Of a stretch of DNA of 64,000 nt, positions 9,162-18,505 are shown piece by piece (within the stretch, counting starts at the first letter, position 1; every line of letters starts with the position of its first letter). The stretch is from NCBI RefSeq assembly GCF_041248615.1, contig NZ_CP158425.1; one strand, 5' to 3'. Under the pieces are notes generated by a model that searched no databases, had not been told where the DNA came from, and worked only from the letters and a program-made list of their open reading frames with translations. Made by a program: the position numbers and the translations under genes. This DNA comes from Escherichia coli. GTDB lineage: Bacteria; Pseudomonadota; Gammaproteobacteria; Enterobacterales; Enterobacteriaceae.

Positions 9162-10346
9162 TCATGACTGTCCCTTGTTCATCTTATCAGCATGCTTACG
9201 CAGGTACTCTTTCAGGTCAGCATGAGCGTTGATGATATCGTTCATTTCATCATTGGTCAGAACAAGCGTGTAAGTATCAGTACTGACAGATTCACCTTCT
9301 TTAAGCTTGGCTTCTTCAGCAATACGTTCAAAAATCGGGATCGCGGTGTCTGCAATGACGGTCACAGTCTTTTTGTTCAGAACGCTGGACATGGAAGGTG
9401 CTTTACCTGCCGGGTTCTGTTTAGGAGCGCTGTCCTTTGGAGCTGGAGCCGGTTCCTGTACCGGTGGCGTATCCAGCGTCTCCGTATTGCTTTCATCGTT
9501 CAGTTGATCCGGTACCGGGGTGTTATCGGTAGTATCATCTGCCGGTTGCTCAGCACCGATGTTTTCCGGAGTCTGCGGATCTGCCATGCGCTCTTCTACC
9601 TTGGCAGCTTTGACGAATTTCAGCGTGTTTTTCGTCGCCTTGCCATAGATGGAGATCGCTTTGTTGATGTTATCTACCGCATCCTCACCGCTGTACATAT
9701 ACTCGTCCAGTGCAACGTACATGCTCACCTGATCGCTCACAAGCATGGTCTGTAGTTCAGAAGGCAGGTCCAGTACGCGAACCATCTGGCGAAGATGCTG
9801 CTCTGATTTACCACGTTTTTTTGCCAGTTCCGCAAAGGTCTTAGGCTCTTCTTTATCTTCAACCAGACGCTTAATTGAAAGCGCTTCAGCTACGACAGAC
9901 AGCGCCAGGTTGGAGTTGCCGGTCAGGGTGAAGAGTTCTGCTTTTGAAGCGCTACCGCGAAACTCTTCGCAGCGAATACGAGTAATGCGTTCACGCCCTT
10001 CTGCTTCCAGCTGGCGGTTTGCAATAGCGATGGAACGGATACGGCAAGCCCCCTGACGCAGTACAGGTACGCCATTAACCATCTGAACAACGATAGGCGT
10101 CACGCTGAACGGGTCTTCCATGTAGGCATCGGCCAGGCTGTTCAGGTGTTCCACAACGTGAGGCATTGAATAGTAGAGCTCGCCCATACCGGCCGTGCGG
10201 GTGTTAAAGCCTTCCTGCTCTACAACAACCGAAGGGTCAATGATAAGGCCGTTGCCTTTACGGGCACCGTTACCAGTGCGTTCCAGGTAACCACGAAGGC
10301 TGATTTCGTTGCTGTTGTTTTTTACTTCAGTTTCGATTGCGGACAT
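9162..10346 (-). CDS. ParB N-terminal domain (ParB/KorB-like) protein, paralog 1
   Basis: EGFNTR and VLRQGACR motifs are spaced as in the ParB/sulfiredoxin-fold N-domain. The C-terminal linker is acidic and Pro-rich. Palindromic operator copies lie at 10435-10449 and 10561-10575 upstream. Confidence 0.6.
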   Translation of the reverse strand: MSAIETEVKNNSNEISLRGYLERTGNGARKGNGLIIDPSVVVEQEGFNTRTAGMGELYYSMPHVVEHLNSLADAYMEDPFSVTPIVVQMVNGVPVLRQGACRIRSIAIANRQLEAEGRERITRIRCEEFRGSASKAELFTLTGNSNLALSVVAEALSIKRLVEDKEEPKTFAELAKKRGKSEQHLRQMVRVLDLPSELQTMLVSDQVSMYVALDEYMYSGEDAVDNINKAISIYGKATKNTLKFVKAAKVEERMADPQTPENIGAEQPADDTTDNTPVPDQLNDESNTETLDTPPVQEPAPAPKDSAPKQNPAGKAPSMSSVLNKKTVTVIADTAIPIFERIAEEAKLKEGESVSTDTYTLVLTNDEMNDIINAHADLKEYLRKHADKMNKGQS

Positions 10347-10414
10347 TTTTGTTCTCTTTTTTGGTTGGTTGTTTAACTGCGCTACAACACAACAATACCA
10401 GGTTCGACATTTTT

Positions 10415-10426
10415 CCTAATAGGTTG
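10415..10426 (-). promoter_or_regulatory. Conserved promoter-like motif, variant (CAACCTATTAGG)
   Basis: About 70 nt upstream of the ParB-like paralog 1 start. Confidence 0.4.
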
Positions 10427-10434
10427 CGGAGAAG

Positions 10435-10449
10435 AAAAAGTAACTTTTT
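10435..10449. promoter_or_regulatory. Palindromic operator-like site, copy 2 (overlaps the -35 position of the ParB-like paralog 1 promoter)
   Basis: AAAAAGTAACTTTTT, adjacent to the promoter motif at 10415-10426. Confidence 0.5.
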
Positions 10450-10560
10450 TTAAAAATTTTCCTGAGGCAATACTACTCGATCCGTCCGTTTTAAATCTTC
10501 ACAACAGTGGGCCGTTTTTACGTTTAAGCAAAATAACTGGTTCAGAAGGTGACTCAGAGA

Positions 10561-10575
10561 GAAAAGTTACTTTTC
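10561..10575. promoter_or_regulatory. Palindromic operator-like site, copy 3
   Basis: GAAAAGTTACTTTTC, a perfect 7+1+7 palindrome. Confidence 0.55.
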
Positions 10576-10761
10576 CGGTTGTCTGGGCCAGTGATGGGAG
10601 AGTGGCAGGACAGGAATGGCTAAACCGGTGCGGGTCTCTTGTAAGTCGCAGGGGATTCAGGAGATATAGAGGTAAACTGGTACGTTCAGTTTTTGGATTG
10701 AGCCGGGCTTTTGGCCCGGGCTTAAGGAAGCAGAAATTTGAACGAACTGGCAGGTAATGCT

Positions 10762-10938
10762 TTATGCCGCCGACAGCTGGCCGTCAGTGCTTTGCTGTTC
10801 TGGTTTGACAGTTGGGGGATAACCGGCAGTTAGCCGCTGGCATTCCGCATCACAGAAAGCCCTGAGGTTGCTGAAGACGGACTCCATGAAATCAGCATGA
10901 GCATACGAGTCTACAGGACGTGTCTTGTTATCTTTCAT
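10762..10938 (-). CDS. Small hypothetical protein (58 aa from MKDNKTRP)
   Basis: A GAGGAG RBS precedes the internal ATG at 10938. The longer track ORF (to 10992) lacks an RBS. Confidence 0.4.
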   Translation of the reverse strand: MKDNKTRPVDSYAHADFMESVFSNLRAFCDAECQRLTAGYPPTVKPEQQSTDGQLSAA

Positions 10939-11447
10939 CTTGTTCTCCTCAATCATTATTAAAACCAGCGGATTTAGTTTCTGGCGCTCCATCTGCTGAC
11001 CGGCTTTCCCAGAGAGCAGCGATGTGTCGGGTTCTTTTTCTCATTTTATCGTTTTCATCGGGCCCATCCGGGCGTATAAGAGACCGATTTGGCATGTTTA
11101 GGAAACGTACTGGCGTAATTAAAAGCTGAGGTTGGATTTGGAATAAAAGGATGCTTTTCCCGTTTGTCGGGTCTTTCGCCACCGCTGCACGATGATTCTG
11201 TCAGGCATTCTGCGCCCTCCCAGGCTGCACATCTGGAAACAAGCGTTGGGATGTTCCCTTCCCCTGCTCACCGTAGAAAGATCGGCAAGTCCCGACGGTC
11301 GTTCCGTACGAGCCGGGTCCAAATAATGAATAAATAAAACGCCGCTTCAATTGTATTGACAATAGAAGTCAGGAGGATCATAGTGTCATTCATGGTGCGG
11401 CTTTCGCACCACCGCCCCGGCGGTACCGGGCAGAACTGGAGTACCTC

Positions 11448-12392
11448 ATGAAACTTTCCCGTCAGACGACTTCTGATACTTCTGTTGATGGCCGTTCACG
11501 CGCATATGCCTGGGGCCGTGTCCATTATTTCATTATCGAACATGCACCAATGGCTGAGCTGGTCGCTATTGACGAGCTGCTGGAAAAAGCTGGCTGGAGC
11601 AATGACGGCTGTCCGAACTATGAGAAAGATGACGAGTTTGGTAATGCTGGTTACAGCTGTGGTTACTGGATCGATATTGACAGCGTGGGAAGCTTCAAGG
11701 CTGACTACAAACGTCTTAAGGGGGAGATTAGTGCGCATATCGCCTCAAAGGCGGCAGAGGTGGAGATCCGCGTACTGGACTCGATGTCCGACAAAGAATG
11801 TAAAGATGTTGCCTCGGTGGCATCTACTGTTCGCCGTGACTTACGTACGCAGTCCGAATCGCTTCATTCACTGCGTACAATCGTAACGGTTGATCATTAC
11901 AATCCCTATGTGACCACCAGCCGCCCGCTGAGCATTTCCGCCTGGACACTTATCCACGACTGTCTGAAAACAGGCACCATCAATGACGTCTGTTCACGGT
12001 TGAGTTCATTAATCCTGCACTCTGAAGCCGCGATTGCCCGTTGTAAGGGAAGCTCCGACTACTCTTCGGAACACGCTCAGCTATCGTTTTTTGCTGGTAA
12101 CGACTATGTCACCAGACGCACCCTTGTTGATGCAGCTCACGAAGAGGCTCTGCGAATGAACCGCCGCTTTGATGAACGCATTGCAATGAACGCGGATTCT
12201 GATGCCAGAAGGCTCCAGTGCGAATTCAACCTTAGCAACCATGTCGTACAGCGTAGGACCGTTGAATCTGCTCATATCCAGGCACTCAATGAAGACGTCA
12301 CCCGTTCACAGGCGGAACCACGCTGCCCTGGAAAGCTTCTTCTGAATATGACCAGTCATGAGGAAGTGCGGGACTCACTGAGCGCCTGTTAG
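11448..12392 (+). CDS. Hypothetical protein
   Basis: 314-aa ORF with TGGAG 6 nt upstream. TTGACA at 11365-11370 is a possible -35. Confidence 0.55.
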   Translation: MKLSRQTTSDTSVDGRSRAYAWGRVHYFIIEHAPMAELVAIDELLEKAGWSNDGCPNYEKDDEFGNAGYSCGYWIDIDSVGSFKADYKRLKGEISAHIASKAAEVEIRVLDSMSDKECKDVASVASTVRRDLRTQSESLHSLRTIVTVDHYNPYVTTSRPLSISAWTLIHDCLKTGTINDVCSRLSSLILHSEAAIARCKGSSDYSSEHAQLSFFAGNDYVTRRTLVDAAHEEALRMNRRFDERIAMNADSDARRLQCEFNLSNHVVQRRTVESAHIQALNEDVTRSQAEPRCPGKLLLNMTSHEEVRDSLSAC

Positions 12393-12488
12393 TCCAGCGA
12401 CACCCCCTGCGGCTCTACTACCGGGCCGCAGTCTGCTCCTGCCCAGATGGTGCCAGTGGTGTAATGAATTTGTTTAATAAGGCTAAGT

Positions 12489-13091
12489 ATGATGAATAAA
12501 GAACAACTAATCGACAAACTGGAACGCGTGGTATGTGGTCAGTACTCCTACGAAATGCAGGAGCTTGCGTATTCGGCCCTCTGCTGCATTAAAGGCACCC
12601 CGGACGACTGCGCTAAGTTCCCTGTTACGCGTCCGCTGCCTGACACCTTAGTGGACGTATGGGACGAAATCGGGCAATACCTTGGCACAGGCAAAGCCAT
12701 TGAAACTCGCAGTTGCGGCGTTTCGCTTCTGCTTCATGGACACTGCTACGATTCAAATCATGTGCTTTACTGGCGCAATGCTGGCGCACTTCCAGCAGCT
12801 TGCGATACGCCACTGGCTGGTGGGTCTCGCAAACTGTTCACCTGCTCAGCCTGTGGAGTGGACGGTCTGGATGAACCACCTGAAACCAGTTGCCACTGCT
12901 GCACAGAGGGGGCCCACTGGGTTGAGAGCAGGCTCTTCACCTCCGGGCAGGCAGACCCTGAAGAATTTAGACCCGTGGCGGTCGTGAAAGAGTGTGCAGG
13001 CTCAACGCCGGATGATCGGCTCATCTGGAGTGTGATTGAACAGCTCAACGGCGAACTGGCGGAAGGCGATAAACTATTTAAGCGACGCTGA
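12489..13091 (+). CDS. Hypothetical Cys-rich protein
   Basis: 200-aa ORF, co-directional; CSACG...CHCC cysteine cluster. Confidence 0.5.
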   Translation: MMNKEQLIDKLERVVCGQYSYEMQELAYSALCCIKGTPDDCAKFPVTRPLPDTLVDVWDEIGQYLGTGKAIETRSCGVSLLLHGHCYDSNHVLYWRNAGALPAACDTPLAGGSRKLFTCSACGVDGLDEPPETSCHCCTEGAHWVESRLFTSGQADPEEFRPVAVVKECAGSTPDDRLIWSVIEQLNGELAEGDKLFKRR

Positions 13092-13144
13092 CAGATCACG
13101 GCAGCATTTATAACAGACGAACTCCAGAATAATTTAAAGCAACC

Positions 13145-13501
13145 ATGAACATGAAAAAGCCCAAAGCTGCATTACAGAATGCCATGAAAGAAGATGTGCC
13201 AGCTGTGACACAGATTCAGATGCGATCTACGGTTTCCAGAAAGGTTCGCTATGTAAAACAGGCAAATCGAGAGGGTCTGAAATTATCTGAGTGGATGTCG
13301 CGGCATCTCGACGCTGTCTGTGATACCGCAGATGAGATTCATAAAGGCAAACGCTCAACTCCGGTTGCGCCTGGGAAGATTCCCCCAGAGGTATACCAGG
13401 TGATATACGATCAGTGCGGCGGGTTCGTGGAGTGTGATGCTAATGCCCAGGTTATCTGGGAAGCCTGCCGTAATGCCATTCTTAACGGAGACAAAGGGTA
13501 A
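13145..13501 (+). CDS. Probable ribbon-helix-helix DNA-binding protein (paralog of 38999-39256)
   Basis: VPAVTQIQMRSTVSRKVRYVKQANREGLKLSEWMSRHLDAVCD aligns with VPATAQLQMRVTPDRKLRYVNQAKAEGLGLTDWVQKHMDNVCD. The beta-strand/helix pattern is typical of RHH proteins. Confidence 0.5.
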   Translation: MNMKKPKAALQNAMKEDVPAVTQIQMRSTVSRKVRYVKQANREGLKLSEWMSRHLDAVCDTADEIHKGKRSTPVAPGKIPPEVYQVIYDQCGGFVECDANAQVIWEACRNAILNGDKG

Positions 13502-13546
13502 ACGGCAGGTATCGCCTGTCATTTTACCCTTGTGAGGACAATACTG

Positions 13547-13750
13547 ATGAACCATGAGAGCCGAACTGTATACCTGAACACGGCCATTGAGGCCCTGCTG
13601 AAAGCTGAGGCGGCTCTGAACGATCTGGCATTAGCCTATGAGCTTAAACCTGATGAAAAGGCAAGCGCATGCCATCCCAGAACCGGCACACTTTCCACTG
13701 CGTCCCAGGTAAAAAAACTCCGCCGTGTCCTTGAGAAGCAGAAGGTATGA
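13547..13750 (+). CDS. Small hypothetical protein
   Basis: GAGGAC lies 7 nt before the ATG at 13547; 67 aa. Confidence 0.4.
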   Translation: MNHESRTVYLNTAIEALLKAEAALNDLALAYELKPDEKASACHPRTGTLSTASQVKKLRRVLEKQKV

Positions 13751-14061
13751 AGGGCTGCATCAGCCAGGCCCGGATATAAATACATGCTCTGCCAGGTGAG
13801 TACCACTGCCCGGTAGCCGAATGATAAGTTTTGATTTCACGGTTGCAATTTCTCCCTCTGGCATCACTGCTCCACGATGCACCCCGATCAGCTTAGCGTC
13901 TGAAAATGAAGATGCACCGGACCTGCATGAAGCGGAACGGTGCCCAGCTGAGTGTTTGTGGGCACAATGAACCGCAATTTCATGATGGGAATGAAAGATG
14001 GCTGGTGGCCCGCTGATATGAACGCTTACCCTGCATAACGTTACTAACCACAATCTTTTCA

Positions 14062-14101
14062 CTAAAAGAAAAAAGGGTTCCTCCGCTTTAGAGGAACCCT
14101 T
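14062..14101 (-). terminator. Rho-independent terminator (leftward)
   Basis: Perfect 11-bp stem: AAGGGTTCCTC (14073-14083) pairs with GAGGAACCCTT (14091-14101). A T-run follows on the minus strand (A-run 14062-14072 on plus). Confidence 0.6.
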
Positions 14102-14138
14102 TCAAAAGGTGCCGATGGCATACTAATCCACACCCTGA

Positions 14139-14163
14139 AAAGAGGGGGGTTGCCCCCCTCTTT
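14139..14163 (-). other. 3'-terminal stem-loop of the hok mRNA
   Basis: AAAGAGGGGGG (14139-14149) pairs with CCCCCCTCTTT (14153-14163), directly after the hok stop codon. Confidence 0.5.
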
Positions 14164-14168
14164 GTCAG

Positions 14169-14327
14169 CTACTTACCGGATTCGTAGGCCAGGATAGCAA
14201 ATACCTCCCTTGTTCCGTCTTTCATCCGCAACTCGCAAAGCGAGTTTCGTGTGAGCCAGGTGAATATCAACAGCGTTAAACAAACTATTAATATGCACAA
14301 AACAATGGGTTGGTTCGGCATTTTCAT
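14169..14327 (-). CDS. hok: Hok/Gef family type I toxin (52 aa)
   Basis: [52 protein letters not shown] is near-collinear with R1 Hok (..[42 protein letters not shown]). Confidence 0.9.
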   Translation of the reverse strand: MKMPNQPIVLCILIVCLTLLIFTWLTRNSLCELRMKDGTREVFAILAYESGK

Positions 14328-14340
14328 GGCCTTCTTCTCC

Positions 14341-14440
14341 TTGCATTTAAGCAGGCAAGAGGCTACGCTGTGTGTGACTAGCATACAGGGGCCTCGGGTT
14401 AATTGAAAAATTACTCGGGGCTTTCTGCTTTTACCACAGT
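14341..14440 (+). ncRNA. sok: Probable Sok-like antisense RNA region (boundaries approximate)
   Basis: Antisense to the hok leader. TTGCAT (14341-14346), a 17-nt spacer and TACGCT (14364-14369) form a promoter-like pair. Placement is by analogy with hok/sok loci; the 3' end was not resolved. Confidence 0.35.
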
Positions 14441-14488
14441 CAAACAGTGTTACCGCTGGCTGGGGCAAAAGCCTCCAGCACCAGCGTC

Positions 14489-14516
14489 ATTATATCACTC
14501 TGCCCTGATCAGCCAA
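14489..14516 (-). promoter_or_regulatory. hok mRNA promoter
   Basis: On the minus strand: TTGGCT (14511-14516), a 16-nt spacer and TATAAT (14489-14494), about 160 nt upstream of the hok ATG. Confidence 0.55.
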
Positions 14517-14681
14517 ACACCCTGCCTGCATAAATCATTGATTTATAATTTATTTGACATGAGTCACTTCCGGTTGTCGGAGACAGTCTTTTTACACTAA
14601 AGAAAAGGGTAACGGGCAGCTGCTTGGTCGGAACATACAGTGCAGTTCCTGCCCGTTTAATTTCCGGATGCAATGGTAGGA

Positions 14682-15287
14682 TCAGGAGGCACTGGTTCCG
14701 TTGATTAGGGAAAGCTTATGTGCCTGAATACGGCTGTATTCGAGATGGGATGGAATATTACAGATGCGCTCCAGTCGATCATGCAGCCTCGTGTAGGTCA
14801 GTCGATGAATACCGGACATTTCATCAAGTAGCCAGCGCTTGATGTAAGGGTTACAGGAAAGCCGGGCAAGATCGTCGTCATCCACTTCGTCAAAGAACCA
14901 GTACTGCTCCATCGGGACTACCTGAAATATCCACGGCCGGGGATAGTCCCCTGTGACAACCAAAAACCATGCGAGAAAGCATAGACACAGCTCAACGATC
15001 ATCAGCATCGAAAATTGCGAATAACTTAGACCAGGCACATAGGGTGAACTATCCGCAACATACCCCCTGAACAATTCCGCCACAAGGTAGCCCAATAGCG
15101 ACAAGGCCAGCATCAGGGTCAGGATTAATCCCCCATTAAACGCTACCGAAGCCTTTTGAACCCGATCAGGTGCTGTCCGGCTGCGATAGTTGGTCACTAC
15201 TCTTTCTACAAGTGCCCTTATGGCAGCCTGTTCTTTACTGACATCAGCTCCGGAAAAACCGGACGGGCTTTTATTTAATTCAGTCAT
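14682..15287 (-). CDS. Membrane protein, unknown function
   Basis: CAGGAG RBS. Two to three long hydrophobic segments (LILTLMLALSLLGYLVAELF, MLMIVELCLCFLAWFLVV). Confidence 0.55.
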   Translation of the reverse strand: MTELNKSPSGFSGADVSKEQAAIRALVERVVTNYRSRTAPDRVQKASVAFNGGLILTLMLALSLLGYLVAELFRGYVADSSPYVPGLSYSQFSMLMIVELCLCFLAWFLVVTGDYPRPWIFQVVPMEQYWFFDEVDDDDLARLSCNPYIKRWLLDEMSGIHRLTYTRLHDRLERICNIPSHLEYSRIQAHKLSLINGTSAS

Positions 15288-15502
15288 ACCCCACTCCTGT
15301 TATGTGCTCTACTGAACAAACACGTAGATCATACAGAGCTCACGGACGCACTCCTGCCAGATAAAGGAGGGAATTTGGCTGTAAGACGGTTAGCCAACAG
15401 TTCAGGTTATGCGTGGGATCCGGCCAGTCAGAAAGGATTCCGTTATTAACAGGCAAGGTTAAAGGCAGATGGACGTTGAAATTGTGGATGCTAAAAGGGG
15501 TA

Positions 15503-15784
15503 TTACTCTTTTTCCTGCATAGCGGCTTTTTCAGCCCGGGTGGCCAGGCGAGCATTTCCGAAAGGTTCACGGACAAGCAGGGGCTTCTCCTTCTTCCAGC
15601 CCCTGATAGCCGTTTCTCCAAAACGACGTGGTGCATTGCCGTTCCAGCGAGCAATCACATGATTATCATGAATTTCTATAATGACAACGGGGTGGACAAT
15701 GACCGTTGTAATGGTGGTATTTCCCATTTTGGTACGGGTTACAGACCAAACCTGCATCCCGGATTCCAGCTGGCTGATTTTCAT
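15503..15784 (-). CDS. Hypothetical protein
   Basis: AAGGA RBS. Preferred over the overlapping ORFs 15340-15654 and 15413-15826. Confidence 0.45.
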   Translation of the reverse strand: MKISQLESGMQVWSVTRTKMGNTTITTVIVHPVVIIEIHDNHVIARWNGNAPRRFGETAIRGWKKEKPLLVREPFGNARLATRAEKAAMQEKE

Positions 15785-16158
15785 ATTATATCCTTAAGCC
15801 AACACGAACTGCGCCACAAAAATTAATGTGGCGCAATTTACCATAAACAATAAACATCAGATACCCGTGAAGAGATTTCCCTTTATTTTAAAATTCTTCT
15901 GGAGAAAAAATGATATTTCCAGAAGAAGTCAGCGAAATTCAGAAACGGCCATCACAATGGTGCTGCGCTGACGCTGGCGTTCTGCCTTGCGCTGCCTGCG
16001 GCGATAGATCTATTTTGCGCTGACGTAAGGGCAGTCCTCACGGGTATACCAGCAGCAGCCGCAAGGTTCGGGCCGGGGTTTTCCGGCAAGTCCAAATGGT
16101 TTCATCAAGTCACCTTTTTAATATTTTTAATGGCAAGATACTTCCCTAACACATTGTT

Positions 16159-16470
16159 TTATCGCATATAACGCTGTTGCATAAACAGATACAGATAACC
16201 CTCAGGAGAAAACATGCAAAGGTTATCAGTGATAACCGCATCCAGATACCGAGTGTCAGTCTGTAAACGTTTTATCACCAGAAAATGTGCTGCCGCAGCC
16301 TTAATGCCAGAACTACCGTTTACAACATTATGTATACCCGCTTCGAATAACGAACGAGCATGAATTACCTTTTCCCGGGCCGCTTCGATCTCCGCATTAA
16401 TAACGCATTGCCGCGCCTGGATGACTGCCTCTCCGGTTAAATCGCGGAAATTCATTAGAGATGTGATCAT
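16159..16470 (-). CDS. Hypothetical protein
   Basis: TGGAGAG RBS. The conserved promoter motif lies at 16522-16534. Confidence 0.5.
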   Translation of the reverse strand: MITSLMNFRDLTGEAVIQARQCVINAEIEAAREKVIHARSLFEAGIHNVVNGSSGIKAAAAHFLVIKRLQTDTRYLDAVITDNLCMFSPEGYLYLFMQQRYMR

Positions 16471-16521
16471 GATTAACTCTCCAGATTATGTGGAATCATT
16501 ATAACAACTGGCATCCCGCCA

Positions 16522-16534
16522 CAAATAACCTGAG
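16522..16534 (-). promoter_or_regulatory. Conserved promoter-like motif (CTCAGGTTATTTG)
   Basis: About 52 nt upstream of the ATG at 16470. TTCAAA lies 15 nt further upstream. Confidence 0.4.
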
Positions 16535-16692
16535 AAAAATTCTTTGAAATATTCCTATATATAAGGAATTACAGTCGGAAAAGAAACGATGAAATAGCGC
16601 CGACCGCTTAAAATCGATAAATTAAAATGGACGGCACTGGAATGAAAAACTGAAAGTAGTAAGACCGTAATTATCCTTCACGGATGTAAGCT

Positions 16693-16893
16693 TTATAAGA
16701 GGAGTACTGGCAAAGCTTTGCCAAGTACTTCGGCGGTTGTGTCTACGATTTTACGGATGTCATCGATCTGCGAAGGCTTATTCAACACCACCGTAAAAAG
16801 CTCTCCTTCGTTATCAGCCTGCTCGCAGTTTCCGTATCGGCTCCCGTCGTACAGCTGCACAATACGTGACATAGAAGACTTTGTTTGTTTCAT
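16693..16893 (-). CDS. Small hypothetical protein
   Basis: AGGTG RBS; 66 aa. Confidence 0.45.
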   Translation of the reverse strand: MKQTKSSMSRIVQLYDGSRYGNCEQADNEGELFTVVLNKPSQIDDIRKIVDTTAEVLGKALPVLLL

Positions 16894-16932
16894 GGCTTTG
16901 CACCTGCTTTTAGGCAGTTTGGTTACTGGTTA

Positions 16933-17157
16933 TCAGAAGCTGGTTTCATGCGCTTCCGGCTGGGACACGAACTGGTATTTGACGCCGCCAGGCACACCTA
17001 CTGCTTCGGCAATAGAGTCGCAAAGCCGCGATAAATCATTTAGTGTCATCGGATATTCAATATCTACAGAATATAAAGCACCTGCATTTTCAGCATCTTC
17101 GATGTTTTTATACTGGGCACTAAATATAGCAATGGTCTGAATTTCGTGGTTATGCAT
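16933..17157 (-). CDS. Small protein, paralog of 23435-23674
   Basis: LYSVDIEYPMTLNDLSRLCDSIAEAVGVPGGVKYQF aligns with LFTLDIEHPMTLNDLSLLCESVADAVGAPGGIKYEI. AAGGA RBS. Confidence 0.6.
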   Translation of the reverse strand: MHNHEIQTIAIFSAQYKNIEDAENAGALYSVDIEYPMTLNDLSRLCDSIAEAVGVPGGVKYQFVSQPEAHETSF

Positions 17158-17170
17158 GAACCGGTCCTTA

Positions 17171-17199
17171 TTAAATTATAAAAGCCACCCGAGAGTGGC
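17171..17199 (-). terminator. Possible rho-independent terminator (leftward)
   Basis: GCCAC pairs with GTGGC (17184-17188 and 17195-17199), followed by TTTTATAATTT on the minus strand. The stem is short. Confidence 0.4.
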
Positions 17200-17211
17200 C
17201 TGAGTTGAAAC

Positions 17212-17415
17212 TTAAATCTGTGAAGTATTTTTGAGAGATTTTTTGCGATCCAGATGCCGGGCAACAATGGTTCCGATAACAAGTAGCATGATGACCGCAC
17301 TGAAGAAGGTGCTGTCAGGGACGCCCTGGAAAAAATCACTGAAACTGTAAACAATAAAAATCAATGCGCAAAAATAGAAAACGATACGAACATAAGGGGT
17401 AAAAAACATTTTCAT
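17212..17415 (-). CDS. Small membrane protein
   Basis: GGAAGG RBS; two hydrophobic helices in 67 aa. Confidence 0.5.
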   Translation of the reverse strand: MKMFFTPYVRIVFYFCALIFIVYSFSDFFQGVPDSTFFSAVIMLLVIGTIVARHLDRKKSLKNTSQI

Positions 17416-17553
17416 CGGTTGCCTTCCATTCAGGGAGAATTCTCAGTAATTACATCACACCTGAAGAGAAACTATTTTCGTATAAATGAGCATTTTCGAC
17501 ATATCAGAGGGGGGGTTTACTCATAAATGAGGTAGTAAGGGTCACACTTGAGG

Positions 17554-17568
17554 TGAAAGTTACTTTCC
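17554..17568. promoter_or_regulatory. Palindromic operator-like site, copy 4
   Basis: TGAAAGTTACTTTCC. Confidence 0.5.
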
Positions 17569-17594
17569 TGGCTGCGAACGAACTATCTCAAATG

Positions 17595-17888
17595 TTAGAG
17601 GTGTGCGTTCGCCTTGAGAGCCTCATGCCCTGAGGAGCTCAACTTGAGCCGATAGTATAAACCTGGCTCCAGATGGCTTGCTGGCTGGCATAACTCCACG
17701 AGGCCGAGCCGGAACAGGACCGGAGAGCTCCTGCACGTCACATCATCAGGATTCCCCATAAACGTACGCCGTTCTCTGGCCCGTCTGAAATTGCCAGAGA
17801 TATCATAGACCGTGCCGGATGCCATCCGTCGTAACACGTAAATCTGTGCCATTGTAAGCTTCTGGGCGGAACTGCTTAAACCTGACAT
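17595..17888 (-). CDS. Hypothetical protein
   Basis: GGAGG RBS; 97 aa. Confidence 0.5.
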   Translation of the reverse strand: MSGLSSSAQKLTMAQIYVLRRMASGTVYDISGNFRRARERRTFMGNPDDVTCRSSPVLFRLGLVELCQPASHLEPGLYYRLKLSSSGHEALKANAHL

Positions 17889-18178
17889 ACCTTCCCCTCC
17901 TTATATAAAACAATCCGCCAGCAGCTCGACTGGCGGACAATGTTTGACTGGCAACAGCAAGGACATACTATTTAGTGACAAGTTTGATCTTGGTTTCACT
18001 CATTCGAAGTCGAAACTCCTGAAAACCCTGCTCTACCGCTAACTCCAGCCACTCAACGGGAATGGTATAGCTACAATCAGACCCACCCAAAGCGGCATCA
18101 CAAGCGTAATCCCAGTCCTCATCCTGAACCGCCCCGGGAATCCTGGAGACTAAACTTCCTGAGAAAGAGGTAAACAGG

Positions 18179-18505
18179 ATGACTAAAAATACTCGTTTTT
18201 CCCCCGAAGTCCGTCAACGGGCAGTCCGTATGGTTCTGGAAAGTCAGAGCGAATATGACTCACAATGGGCGACAATTTGTTCCATTGCTCCAAAGATTGG
18301 CTGTACGCCGGAGACTCTGCGTGTCTGGGTTCGCCAGCATGAGCGGGATACCGGGGGCGGTGATGGAGGGCTCACCACCGCTGAACGTCAGCGTCTGAAA
18401 GAGCTGGAACGTGAAAATCGTGAACTGCGCCGCAGTAACGATATCCTTCGCCAGGCTTCCGCTTATTTTGCGAAGGCGGAGTTCGACCGCCTCTGGAAAA
18501 AATGA
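18179..18505 (+). CDS. IS3-family transposase OrfA (HTH)
   Basis: The 108-aa [22 protein letters not shown]... matches IS629/IS1203 OrfA as I remember it. An A6 run at 18497-18502 lies at the orfA/orfB junction. Confidence 0.9.
   Translation: MTKNTRFSPEVRQRAVRMVLESQSEYDSQWATICSIAPKIGCTPETLRVWVRQHERDTGGGDGGLTTAERQRLKELERENRELRRSNDILRQASAYFAKAEFDRLWKK

Noticed and set aside
13760-14062. 100-aa minus-strand ORF (His/Ser/Cys-rich)
   Set aside because: It has a GTG start with no RBS and starts immediately after a strong terminator hairpin. Its composition is odd. The region 13751-14168 is more likely noncoding or a decayed remnant.
14169-14468. 99-aa ORF in the track covering hok
   Set aside because: This is an upstream in-frame extension from a TTG codon through the hok leader. 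The conserved Hok toxin is only the last 52 codons. The extension may reflect a mok-like frame, but it is not a 99-aa protein gene.
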